Shown piece after piece: positions 55,844 through 64,000 of a stretch of 64,000 bases of DNA. The notes beneath the pieces were generated by a model. It saw only the letters and a program-made list of their open reading frames with translations, had not been told where the DNA came from and searched no databases. Source of the DNA: an uncultured Bacilli bacterium (GTDB lineage Bacteria; Bacillota_I; Bacilli_A; RFN20; CAG-826). Made by a program: the position numbers and the translations under genes. The first letter of the stretch is position 1, and each line of letters begins with the position of its first letter. Location: NCBI GenBank assembly GCA_944363565.1, contig CALVUI010000001.1, forward strand, positions 408,075 to 472,074, written 5' to 3'.

Positions 55844-56796
55844 GCGAGGGCCTCCTCGATGAAGAGGAAGAGGGCGTCGCTGCCCTTTTTGCTCCCTTCG
55901 AAGATGGCCTTTTCGGCCTTATAGAGGTCATGGAGGATCTTCGAGACCGCCTTTTCGTCATAACCCCTCCCCTTCCTGAGGCTCATCTTGACCCGGTATG
56001 GATGGGAACGCAGCTGGCTGGCGATCAGGGACTCGGATAGCCCTTCACGCGACAAGGACAGGCAACGGAGAAGGAACTCGAACTGGGCCGAAAGGGTATG
56101 GATGAGGGTCACTTCCTGGCCCGGCTTCCTGGTCAAGTTGGCCAGGAGGCCATAGGCCCCGGCCTTGTCCTTGGCCAAGATGGCGTCGAAGAGGTGGAAG
56201 GCATCCTCGTCGAGGGGCTCGTGGACCAGTTCCTCGACGTTATTGAGGGTGATGGTTTCGCCATTGGCGTACGCCAAGAGTTTCTCCGCTTCGTTTAGGA
56301 AGAGGGCGTAGTCCCCGCCCGTCCTTTCGTAAAGGAGTTCGGCCGCGGCCGCTTCGATGTCGGAACCACGCTTGCTGAGGTAAGAGGGGATGTAGCTTAG
56401 CCACGCAGAACGGTCGAAGTCCTTGACCTGGTGGAACTTGGCCCCGCCTTTCTTGAGGGCGACCCCGAACTTGCTTTTGGGATTGGGCTCTTCTTCGAAT
56501 AAAAGGATATAGAGGTCACAATCCTCTATCGGGTTGCTTAGATAATCATAGAAAGCCTCGGCGTCATCGCCTTTTACCGCCAAAGTCACCCGGGCCTTGT
56601 CGAGGAAGGAAAGGTCGCCGGTGACGACGACTTTCTTGCTTCCGTCAAGGGGGACGGCCTCGAGCTCGGCCACTAAGTCCAAAAGACGTTCTTCCCGGGG
56701 ATCGAAGGAAATGGCGTTCTCCTTCGAAGGGCCAAGGAGCTTCTCGAGCCCCTTTTCCGCCATCTTGGGCTGGGGCGAATAGACGACGTGGATCAT
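55840..56796 (-). CDS. holA: DNA polymerase III delta subunit
   Basis: ~320 aa clamp-loader delta fold, in the conserved comEC-holA-rpsT neighbourhood. The start is uncertain (TTG 56817, ATG 56805 or ATG 56796). Confidence 0.7.
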   Translation of the reverse strand: MIHVVYSPQPKMAEKGLEKLLGPSKENAISFDPREERLLDLVAELEAVPLDGSKKVVVTGDLSFLDKARVTLAVKGDDAEAFYDYLSNPIEDCDLYILLFEEEPNPKSKFGVALKKGGAKFHQVKDFDRSAWLSYIPSYLSKRGSDIEAAAAELLYERTGGDYALFLNEAEKLLAYANGETITLNNVEELVHEPLDEDAFHLFDAILAKDKAGAYGLLANLTRKPGQEVTLIHTLSAQFEFLLRCLSLSREGLSESLIASQLRSHPYRVKMSLRKGRGYDEKAVSKILHDLYKAEKAIFEGSKKGSDALFLFIEEALA

Positions 56797-58849
56797 CGGG
56801 GGCATTATAGGCCCCAAAGCCGCCTCTAACTAGGACGAAAGGCAGGGGAAGACGACCGAAGAGATAACGGAAGACGATGGTCCCTTCCTCGTCGGTCCGG
56901 CGGATTTCCGCCCCGATCTTCCGCAACCGCCTCAGGACCTTGTCGGTCGGATGGCCGTAACGGTTCCCCTTACCGACCGAGATGACCGCGGTCCTTGGGG
57001 CCACGGCTTCGAGGAAGGCCGGGCTCGAAGAGGTGTCGCTTCCGTGATGGCCGACCTTGAGGACGTCGTGTTTCAATTCAACCCCGGACTTCAGCATCGC
57101 CGCCTCGGCCCTCTCCCCGGCATCCCCGGTCAAAAGATAGGAATCGCCCCCAAGGGTCAAACTCAGAACCAGGCTATCCTCGTTGGAATCACCGTACCCT
57201 CCGGGATTGAGGGAAGTAAGGGTGACGCCCGCGAAGGAAAAGGGGAAATCCCGATGCTCATCGAGGACCCGTTCCACTTTGAAGGATGAAAGAAGCGAGT
57301 CCTTGGCCCCCGCGTGGTCATAGTCGTCATGTGTAATGACCAAGGCCTTGAGCCGGCTGATCCTTTCCTTCCGGAAATAGGGGATCAGGACCTCCTCCGC
57401 CATATCGAAGGAGAGGTTCCCGCCCGTATCGACGAGGACGGCCTCGTAGCCTTTGACGATCAAGGTCGAATCCCCCTGGCCGACGTCGATGAAGGAGATG
57501 GAAGAAGAAAGCCCGTTCCCGATCGGAACTAAGGCCACCACCATCCCAAGCAAGAAAATTAAAGTTACTTGTTTGGCGATATTTTGAAATCCGGCTTCTA
57601 CCAAATAGAAGAGGATGTAGACCACCGAAAAATAAAGTCCTTGTAAACCCTGTAGCGAAATAAAGGGTACGACCGCGTCGATCTTCGACAAAAAGGCCAT
57701 CAGGGAAAGCAACAAGCTGGTGTAGCCATTGAGGACGCTGACAAAGGGGACGGTGAGGAACGAGAGGAGACCGAGAAAAAGAAAAGGGAAATAGGCCGGG
57801 ACCAGGATGAAGGAAAATAGGAATGAGAGGAGATGGAGTTCCCCACCGTCCGAGAAAGAAGGAAGGAGGAGCAAGAAGAGGAGGAGGCGTCCGAAGATCC
57901 GTCGTCTGGACTTCGTATTCCTGAGGAGGGGACCCGCCAAAGCCATGAAATAGGAGATGGCGAAACCCATCAGAAACGACGAAGACAGAGCATTGAAGCG
58001 ATCGACTGCCAATAAGACGGAAGCCGCGTATTCCCTCGCCCTTCCCGTCTTCCTTTTGTCGAGGAGCCAGAAGAGGCGGATGAGGTAGACCCGGTAGATC
58101 GAGACCTTGCCGAAGGCAAAGGGGAGGTAGAGGGTGGCGACCAAGAGGGTCAGGGCCTTGGACTGCTTCTCGAGACGGAAGGAAAATAGCTTCTCGAAGA
58201 GACGTATGAAGGCCGCGTAGTAGAACCCAGACGAAGAGAGAAAATAAAGTGCGCCCAACCTCTCTCCAATCTGGATGATCTGGCTGTCATAGTCCTTGAT
58301 TCCGAAAAGGAGGGAATCAAGGAGGGCAGCCGTCTCACCCTCAAAGGAAGCGAGGAAGCCTTCCCGGGCCTTAGAAAGGCGGAGGGGAAAGGAGAAGAGG
58401 ACCTCCTCCCCATAGGCCACGTACTCGCCCCTCACTCCCCTTAGGCCGAGATACTCCCCGAAATCGAAACGTCCCTCGTAATGGGTGAAGCTAAGGGGTT
58501 CGAAATGGCCCTCTAGAGACAGAAGGTCACCGATCTCGTAGGCGTTCTTGGGGAGATAGACGTAATAACGGGCCAAGCCGTTATCGAGGAGGACGTAGTT
58601 TTCACGGCTGAGGATCACGAGCCCCGTCACCCGGTCACCCGCAACCGGGAAGAGAAGGGGCAAAAGGGAGATGAGGAATCCGCCGACGAAGGAGAGGAAA
58701 AAGGGAAGGAAGCCCTTCTTCCGGTAGGAGATGAAAAGGATCAGAAGGAGGGGCCCGAGATAAGAAAGGAGCCAATCGGCCTTGAGATAGGGCACCCAAA
58801 AGCCGAGGACGAGGCCCGAAAGGATGAGGAAAAGGACGTTCTTCTTCAA
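56645..58849 (-). CDS. comEC: DNA internalisation competence protein ComEC/Rec2
   Basis: Polytopic membrane domain and a C-terminal metallo-beta-lactamase domain (VITHDDYDHAGA, VGHHGS). The last ~55 codons read through the holA 5' end and look out-of-frame. Confidence 0.8.
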   Translation of the reverse strand: MKKNVLFLILSGLVLGFWVPYLKADWLLSYLGPLLLILFISYRKKGFLPFFLSFVGGFLISLLPLLFPVAGDRVTGLVILSRENYVLLDNGLARYYVYLPKNAYEIGDLLSLEGHFEPLSFTHYEGRFDFGEYLGLRGVRGEYVAYGEEVLFSFPLRLSKAREGFLASFEGETAALLDSLLFGIKDYDSQIIQIGERLGALYFLSSSGFYYAAFIRLFEKLFSFRLEKQSKALTLLVATLYLPFAFGKVSIYRVYLIRLFWLLDKRKTGRAREYAASVLLAVDRFNALSSSFLMGFAISYFMALAGPLLRNTKSRRRIFGRLLLFLLLLPSFSDGGELHLLSFLFSFILVPAYFPFLFLGLLSFLTVPFVSVLNGYTSLLLSLMAFLSKIDAVVPFISLQGLQGLYFSVVYILFYLVEAGFQNIAKQVTLIFLLGMVVALVPIGNGLSSSISFIDVGQGDSTLIVKGYEAVLVDTGGNLSFDMAEEVLIPYFRKERISRLKALVITHDDYDHAGAKDSLLSSFKVERVLDEHRDFPFSFAGVTLTSLNPGGYGDSNEDSLVLSLTLGGDSYLLTGDAGERAEAAMLKSGVELKHDVLKVGHHGSDTSSSPAFLEAVAPRTAVISVGKGNRYGHPTDKVLRRLRKIGAEIRRTDEEGTIVFRYLFGRLPLPFVLVRGGFGAYNAPDDPRRLFAPAQDGGKGAREAPWPFEGERHFLRSPGRTSFGLSGRARGRPP

Positions 58850-59382
58850 TCCTTGAGGGTGATGTAGTCCTTGACCTTCTCATAGGTGGCGGGACCGATG
58901 CCGTCGACGTTTTTGATTTCCTCGAGGCTTCGGAAACTCGCCGTTTCCCGGTACTCCAAGATGGCCGAGGCCAGGGTCGTGCCGATCGAGGAGATGTCCA
59001 TGAGGCCGTTTTTGTCGGCCGAGTTGACGTTGACCTTCTTGATGGGGGTGACCGCGCAGATGTCGCTATTGTCGTAGATGGGGGCGATGTAGAAACTCAT
59101 CCCGTCCTCGAGGACGTAGTCGGTGTAGTAACACCTGGCGTCGGCATTGCCCGTGATGCCGCTGGCGGCCTCCAAGAGATCTTCCAAGAGGCTATCCTCG
59201 GTCAGGACGTAGGTGCCGGGGCGCACCACTTCCCCGGAGACGGTGACGGTCAAGGTCCCTTCTTGTTCGCTATTGAGCCCGCTGGTGACCTCGGTCCCGC
59301 CGACCGAGGCGTTTTCGATAAGAGAGAACCCGCCGATGACCACGACCGTGACGATGATGGCAATGATGATGATCTTGAACAT
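58846..59382 (-). CDS. comEA: Competence protein ComEA (membrane-anchored DNA receptor)
   Basis: N-terminal TM helix, SLBB domain and C-terminal helix-hairpin-helix (VNVNSADKNGLMDISSIGTTLASAILEYRE...VDGIGPATYEKVKDY). Start at Met33 with AAGGAGG 8 nt upstream. Confidence 0.8.
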   Translation of the reverse strand: MFKIIIIAIIVTVVVIGGFSLIENASVGGTEVTSGLNSEQEGTLTVTVSGEVVRPGTYVLTEDSLLEDLLEAASGITGNADARCYYTDYVLEDGMSFYIAPIYDNSDICAVTPIKKVNVNSADKNGLMDISSIGTTLASAILEYRETASFRSLEEIKNVDGIGPATYEKVKDYITLKD

Positions 59383-59517
59383 GGCTTTGACCTCCTTTAC
59401 CCGCAGGAAGCAAAAGCTCCCCCCATTAATAGGCATAGGAAAAAGGTTTGGACCCAAAATATGGCGAAATTCCGACAAAAAAAGACCGGGGTCTCCGGTC
59501 CTTTGGTTGGTTTTGGC

Positions 59518-60021
59518 TTAGGCCGGGTTCTCGGCCTTGACGATCATGATCTCGTAAGGCTCGTCGCTTTCGACGGTGATCCTTTCGCCGTTCCCGGGTT
59601 CGCGGTCCATGAGGGCCCGCCCGAGGGCGCATTCATTACTGATGCTGGGAATCGGTTCGGCCAGGGGGTTGGCTTCGACCGAGCCGACCAGCTTGACGGT
59701 CATGAGGTCGCCGGTCCGCAGTTCCTGGTAGGTGACGACGTTCCCGAGCATGATACGGCGGACTTCGGTCCCCGGGACCGGGGACTCGACGATGTAGTAG
59801 TTGTTGAGGATGTGTTCGAGTTCGGCGACCTTGGCGTTGACTTCGGCCTGGCGGTTCCGCGCGGCGTCGTAGTCGGCGTTTTCGCTTAGGTCACCCTGGG
59901 CCCTGGCGGCCGCGAGCTGTTCGACGATTTCCGGTTGGACGACGTCGATGAGGTGGCGGTACTCTTCTTTGGTTTTCTTAAGCCCTTCTTCGGTGAGGGC
60001 GATCTTGTTCTCTATTGGCAT
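59518..60021 (-). CDS. greA: Transcription elongation factor GreA
   Basis: Coiled-coil N-terminus with the acidic-tip DxxE context and an FKBP-like C-terminal domain (GDLMTVKL...GNGERITV). Confidence 0.9.
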   Translation of the reverse strand: MPIENKIALTEEGLKKTKEEYRHLIDVVQPEIVEQLAAARAQGDLSENADYDAARNRQAEVNAKVAELEHILNNYYIVESPVPGTEVRRIMLGNVVTYQELRTGDLMTVKLVGSVEANPLAEPIPSISNECALGRALMDREPGNGERITVESDEPYEIMIVKAENPA

Positions 60022-60069
60022 TTCCTTACCTTTCTTTCAAGCATGAGAATTTTAGGCGTTTTGGCGCCC

Positions 60070-60336
60070 TTACTCAATCTTCCTTTTCTCGTCGAGCCCT
60101 TCCTCGTAGGCGGCGAGGACCTCTTCGCATTCGGCGAATTCCTCCTCGTCGACGTTTAATAGGCTCTCCCCGTCTTCCGAGGCCATGACGATGAGGGAAT
60201 CGGGATCCTCTTCCTGATAGAGGAAGTAATAGTCGCGGCCCCTCTCCTCGTTATGGTAGTAAAAGAGGATCTTGTAGGTGTCTTCGGTCCCGTCGTCGCG
60301 GGTGATGACCATGGTATTGTCGGATATTTCCATCAT
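60070..60336 (-). CDS. DUF1292-family protein
   Basis: 88-aa acidic protein (ITRDDGTEDTYKILFYYHNEERGRDYYFLYQE). It sits in the usual position next to ruvX and alaS. Confidence 0.65.
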   Translation of the reverse strand: MMEISDNTMVITRDDGTEDTYKILFYYHNEERGRDYYFLYQEEDPDSLIVMASEDGESLLNVDEEEFAECEEVLAAYEEGLDEKRKIE

Positions 60337-60761
60337 AGTCCTTGTTCCTTTCTCCTGAGGTAGGTCTCGAGGATGACCTCGGCTGCCTGCTGGTCGATGA
60401 CCTTGTGCCTCTTCTTACGGCTAAGATCGGCCTCGAGGAGGCGCTTGGTGGCCATGACCGTGGTCAGGCGTTCGTCGACCAGTTCGACCTTGGCCTCCGG
60501 CATCAGCTCGAGGATCTGCTCCTTGAAGCGCTCGGCACTGAGGGCCCTTTCCCCGGCACTCCCGTCCATGTTGAGGGGGTAGCCCAGGGCAATCTCCTTG
60601 ATGTTTTCGGCCTCGCAGACTTCCTTCACCCGTCTCAAGGCCTGGCGGTAGGCCCCTTCCTGGAAGCGGAAGTTCTCGCGTCCGTGGGCGATCCCGAGGA
60701 CGTCGCTGACGGCGATACCCAGGGTCTTGGTCCCGAGATCTAGGCCCAGGACCTTGTTCAC
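60333..60761 (-). CDS. ruvX: Putative pre-16S rRNA nuclease / Holliday-junction resolvase-like YqgF (RuvX)
   Basis: True start is GTG 60761 (VNKVLGLDLGTKTLGIAVSD), overlapping the alaS TGA stop (GTGA). The listed 76-aa N-terminal extension is out-of-frame alaS sequence. Confidence 0.85.
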   Translation of the reverse strand: MNKVLGLDLGTKTLGIAVSDVLGIAHGRENFRFQEGAYRQALRRVKEVCEAENIKEIALGYPLNMDGSAGERALSAERFKEQILELMPEAKVELVDERLTTVMATKRLLEADLSRKKRHKVIDQQAAEVILETYLRRKEQGL

Positions 60762-63358
60762 CCTAGCTTCCCCCGGATAAGGGCGAGGGCTTCCTCGAGA
60801 CGGCTGAGGTCGGAGGCGCTGCCGCCGGCGAATTCCGGCTTGCCGCCCCCACGGCCACTTAATAAGGGCATCACGGCCTTGAGGGCTTCCCCGGCCCCGA
60901 GTTTTTTGAGGGCCTTCCCCGAAGAAGAGACGAGGACGTCGTACTTCGGGGCCTTCCCCCCGATCAGGAAGGCGAAGGAGTCGGGGCACTTGGCCTTGAT
61001 GGCGTCGCTATAGCGGCCTAATTCCTCCCTTCCCTTCCCTTCTTCGTAGAGGTGGACGAAGCGGATCCCATCAATATCTTCGGCTTGTTCGATTAGTTCG
61101 TTGGCCTTGGCCCCGGCCCCCTTCTCCTTGAGGGAGGAGAGTTCCTTTTCGAGGGTCTTGAGTTGCTCGTCCCTCAGGGTCAGGCGATAGAGCAAATCGG
61201 CGTCGGTGGCGTCCAAGTGTTTCTCGACTTTCGCCAAAAGGAGGCTCTTTTTGCGAAGATATAGGTAGGCGGCGCTGCCGGTTAAGGCACCGATCCGCCT
61301 GACGCCGCTGGAGATGGCCTCGTCGGAAGCAATGACGAATAAGCCGATGTCGCGGCTGTTGGAAACGTGGGTCCCGCCGCAGAGTTCCTTGCTGTAGTCC
61401 CCGAAGCTCACGACCCGGACGCGGCTACCGTACTTCTCCCCGAACTCGGCTTCGGCCCCGCTCTTCTTGGCTTCCTCGAGGCCCATGATTTCGGTCACGC
61501 AGTCGAGGCCTTCGCCGATCTTCTCGTTGACCTCGCCTTCGACGGCCGAAAGGTCTTCTTCGCTCGGTTTCCTATCGATCGAATAGTCGAAACGGAGGTA
61601 GTCGGGCCCAACGAAGCTCCCTTCCTGCCTGACGTGGCCGAAGCGGTTGCTGAGGGCGGCGTGGAGCAAGTGGGTGGCCGAGTGGTTCCCCTCGACCTTC
61701 CTTCTTCTCACGGTATCGATTTCCAAGAGGTATTTCTTGCCCGCTTCCATCTTCCCTTCGAGGACTTCGATGGTATGGAGGTGCTGGCCGCGCGGAGCCT
61801 TGGTCACGGACTTGACCTTAGCCATGAAGCCTTCTCCGGAAATGGTGCCTTCGTCATAGGTCTGGCCCCCCATCTCGGCGTAGAACGGGGTCTTGTCGAA
61901 GCAGGCCTCGCCTTCATGGTCGATGTACTCGACGGCCTTCCCGTCCTTGAAGAGACCGATGCACTTGGCCTCGGCCTTGTCTCCATGGTAGAGGAAGTCG
62001 CTGGGCTCGGTGAAGGAGAGCAAATCGGCGGATTGGGAAGCAAAGGAAGTGACCGCACTTTGCTTTTCGCGGCTCTTTTCCCTCGCTTCCTCGAGGCACT
62101 TCGTAAAGCCTTCCATGTCGCAGTCCTTCCCGGCTTCCCTGGCGATTTCCAAGGTCAGGTCGCTGGGGAACCCATAGGTATCATAGAGGCGGAAGACCTC
62201 TTCCCCGCTCAGATTCCCTTCCTGCTTGAGGCGCTTGGAAAGCATTTCCTCCCCGGCGTTCAAAGTATGGATGAACTTCTCTTCCTCGGCCTTGATGAGG
62301 GCGATGTCCTCGGCCTCATGGTCCTTGAGGTCGGGATAGAAGTCGCTGAAGGCCTTGGTCACGACCGGGACCAAGGTATGGATGAAGGGATCGGTGATCC
62401 CGATCTTCCTAGCGTAACGCATGGCCCGCCGGATGATCCGGCGCAAGACGTAGCCGCGGCCTTCGTTGGAGAAGCGGGCCCCGTCACTCAAGGCAAAAGT
62501 CAAGCAACGGGCGTGGTCGGCGATGACCCGGAAGGAAAGTTCGTTCCCCTCGTACTTGAGGCCGCTTTCCTTTTCGGCTTCTTCGATGATCGGCATGAAG
62601 AGGTCGGTCTCGAAGTTGGTCGGGGTCCCCTGGAGGATGCAGGCGATCCTTTCTAGGCCCGCCCCGGTATCGATGTTCTTGCTCGGGAGTTCGGCGTATT
62701 CGCTCCGCTTCTGCCCGGCTTTGGCGTTGAACTGGCTGAAGACGATGCCCCAAAGCTCGATGTAACGGTCGTTCTCCATGTCGTCCTCTAGAAGCTTGAT
62801 CCCGAGGTGCTCGGGGTCATAGGCCTCGCCGCGGTCATAGAAGACCTCGGTGTTCGGCCCGCAGGGCCCTTCCCCGATTTCCCAGTAGTTGCTCTCCAAG
62901 GGAATGAGGTGGTCCTTGGCCAGCCCATGTTCCTGCCAGAGGCGGTAACTATCGAGGTCGGAGGGATTGTAGGTGACGTAGAGCTTATCGATCGGCAGGC
63001 CGAAGCCCTTATCGGGATCGGTCAAAATCTCGACGGCCCAGGGTATGACTTCCTTCCGGAAGTAGTCGCCGATCGAAAAGTTCCCCAGCATCTCGAAGAA
63101 GGTGTGGTGGCGGGCCGTATGGCCGACGTTTTCGATGTCGTTGGTCCTGATCGACTTCTGGACGTTGACGAGCCGCCGGCAGGGCGGGACTTCCCGGCCG
63201 TCGAAGTATTTCTTGAGCCCGGTGACCCCGGCATTGACGAAAAGCAAAGACTTGTCGTCCTTGGGTAGCAAAGGGACCCCGGGGACGTAAAGATGGCCCT
63301 TCGATTCGAAGAAGGCGATCCAACGGCGTCTGATCTCATGGCCGCTAAGTGGTTTCAT
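60758..63358 (-). CDS. alaS: Alanine--tRNA ligase
   Basis: 866 aa with class II core, editing domain (HSATHLLHAAL, CGGTHV) and C-terminal DHHA1-like domain. Confidence 0.95.
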   Translation of the reverse strand: MKPLSGHEIRRRWIAFFESKGHLYVPGVPLLPKDDKSLLFVNAGVTGLKKYFDGREVPPCRRLVNVQKSIRTNDIENVGHTARHHTFFEMLGNFSIGDYFRKEVIPWAVEILTDPDKGFGLPIDKLYVTYNPSDLDSYRLWQEHGLAKDHLIPLESNYWEIGEGPCGPNTEVFYDRGEAYDPEHLGIKLLEDDMENDRYIELWGIVFSQFNAKAGQKRSEYAELPSKNIDTGAGLERIACILQGTPTNFETDLFMPIIEEAEKESGLKYEGNELSFRVIADHARCLTFALSDGARFSNEGRGYVLRRIIRRAMRYARKIGITDPFIHTLVPVVTKAFSDFYPDLKDHEAEDIALIKAEEEKFIHTLNAGEEMLSKRLKQEGNLSGEEVFRLYDTYGFPSDLTLEIAREAGKDCDMEGFTKCLEEAREKSREKQSAVTSFASQSADLLSFTEPSDFLYHGDKAEAKCIGLFKDGKAVEYIDHEGEACFDKTPFYAEMGGQTYDEGTISGEGFMAKVKSVTKAPRGQHLHTIEVLEGKMEAGKKYLLEIDTVRRRKVEGNHSATHLLHAALSNRFGHVRQEGSFVGPDYLRFDYSIDRKPSEEDLSAVEGEVNEKIGEGLDCVTEIMGLEEAKKSGAEAEFGEKYGSRVRVVSFGDYSKELCGGTHVSNSRDIGLFVIASDEAISSGVRRIGALTGSAAYLYLRKKSLLLAKVEKHLDATDADLLYRLTLRDEQLKTLEKELSSLKEKGAGAKANELIEQAEDIDGIRFVHLYEEGKGREELGRYSDAIKAKCPDSFAFLIGGKAPKYDVLVSSSGKALKKLGAGEALKAVMPLLSGRGGGKPEFAGGSASDLSRLEEALALIRGKLG

Positions 63359-63600
63359 AACTATACACTCCTCTTGCTTGAAGGAACGGCCTAGGGCCGC
63401 GGTACCATCCTTCTTCGTCTTGAATGCAAGACGCCCTTATTTCTGACCGCTTAACGGGCGGGGCGGCGGCTCTTGACCGCAAGCAAGGGAAGCGGCGCGC
63501 CCCTGGGCCTTTCCACTCCGCGGCCTTCTCTATGAGGGGCTTTTCTTCCAAGGCGGATTATACTCGGAGAAAGCGTTCTTGAAAGGGGGTTTCTCTATTA
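63359..63600 (-). promoter_or_regulatory. Putative T-box riboswitch leader of alaS
   Basis: Minus-strand T-box core GGAUGGUACCGCGGC (plus 63397-63410), a following GCGGCC/GGCCGU hairpin, and SD AAGAGGAG before the ATG. The upstream stem I region has an AGAGAAGG box. Confidence 0.5.
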
Positions 63601-64000
63601 GAGAAAGGCCACCATCTTTTCGTAGAAGGCCGTTTGGTAGAAGGGAAGGTCCTTTTCGACCTCGGGGTCGACGAGGTTCCCGTGGATGTCGTAATAGTCG
63701 CAGGCCTTGCGTCCGGCTCCCGAAATCTGGACTTCGGGATTGACCCCATCGAAGAGGAAGGTCAGGTCCCCGGCCGTCCCGTTGAAATAGAGGCGGTTCT
63801 CGGCTTCTTCCCGGGTTTCGAAATCCCCCGAGCTGAAGATCCCGGAGACGATGCGGTCGGTGGCCTGGAGGTAGGGATGCTGGTTCGAATAGGGATCCGT
63901 CCCCTGGTTCTTCGGTTCGATGGCCGCGCTCACGTAGGAATAGTCGGGGGCGATGAAGCGGATGAAGTCGAGGGAGTTGCCCCCGTGGGTCCTAGAGCCA
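63598..64000 (-). CDS. Hypothetical protein, C-terminal part (frame open to the window edge)
   Basis: Frame stays open from 64000 to the stop at 63598. No confident family assignment. Confidence 0.3.
   Translation of the reverse strand, partial: GSRTHGGNSLDFIRFIAPDYSYVSAAIEPKNQGTDPYSNQHPYLQATDRIVSGIFSSGDFETREEAENRLYFNGTAGDLTFLFDGVNPEVQISGAGRKACDYYDIHGNLVDPEVEKDLPFYQTAFYEKMVAFL

Noticed and set aside
60762-60989. 76-aa N-terminal extension of ruvX in the ORF track
   Set aside because: The extension is the out-of-frame 3' end of alaS. The RuvX fold begins at GTG 60761 (VNKVLGLDLG), with start/stop overlap GTGA.
1-64000. CRISPR arrays, tRNA/rRNA genes, transposases, integrases and prophage genes
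   Set aside because: No short regularly spaced direct repeats, no tRNA-like T-arm or acceptor sequences in the intergenic regions, and no recognisable mobile-element proteins were seen. The few intergenic regions are explained by promoters, T-box leaders and terminators.

Overview
This 64 kb GC-rich window is almost entirely coding, with about 60 genes, most on the minus strand. Gene content and order are Bacilli-like housekeeping synteny, but the organism looks wall-less. I found no rRNA, tRNA, CRISPR array, transposase or integrase.

Gene blocks, in window order:
- mutS2 (N-terminal fragment) and rnhC.
- rluD, lspA, ileS, ftsZ, ftsA, a small membrane protein, rsmH and mraZ. This is a minimal division/cell-wall (dcw) cluster with no mur, pbp, ftsW or ftsQ genes.
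- A DUF177-like protein, pheT and pheS with a T-box leader, a TrmH-family methyltransferase, an SprT-like protein, a TudS/DUF523-like protein and an ECF transporter S component.
- A roughly 14 kb minus-strand starch/maltodextrin utilisation island. It holds a MalE-like lipoprotein, a giant MalF-like permease, MalG, two GH13 lipoproteins, a type I pullulanase lipoprotein, a cell-surface putative starch-binding protein, a third GH13 lipoprotein and two small membrane proteins. There are cre-like sites, and no ABC ATPase or regulator in the window.
- rpsU (an unlisted small ORF), deoC, a GT2 glycosyltransferase, a second DeoC-like aldolase, rpmF, mtaB, rsmE, a zinc-ribbon/TM2 protein and a GuaD-like deaminase.
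- dnaJ, dnaK, grpE and hrcA with a near-perfect CIRCE operator.
- An RDD-family protein, hemW with a non-canonical start, a Fic-like protein with a degenerate active-site motif, lepA, a PD-(D/E)xK-nuclease/DinG-helicase fusion and fmt.
- A plus-strand adenylation–carrier didomain enzyme and rpsT.
- yfcE, holA, comEC, comEA, greA, a DUF1292 protein, ruvX and alaS with a T-box leader.

The most noteworthy items are the wall-less-type dcw cluster, the lipoprotein-based starch system with an unusually long MalF, the nuclease–DinG fusion, the Fic-like pseudoenzyme, the stand-alone adenylation–carrier protein, and MraZ-box repeats that argue for moving the mraZ start.

Many long antisense ORFs in the six-frame track are GC-driven artefacts. 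All calls rest on reading the translations, recognised family motifs and gene context; I ran no database search.
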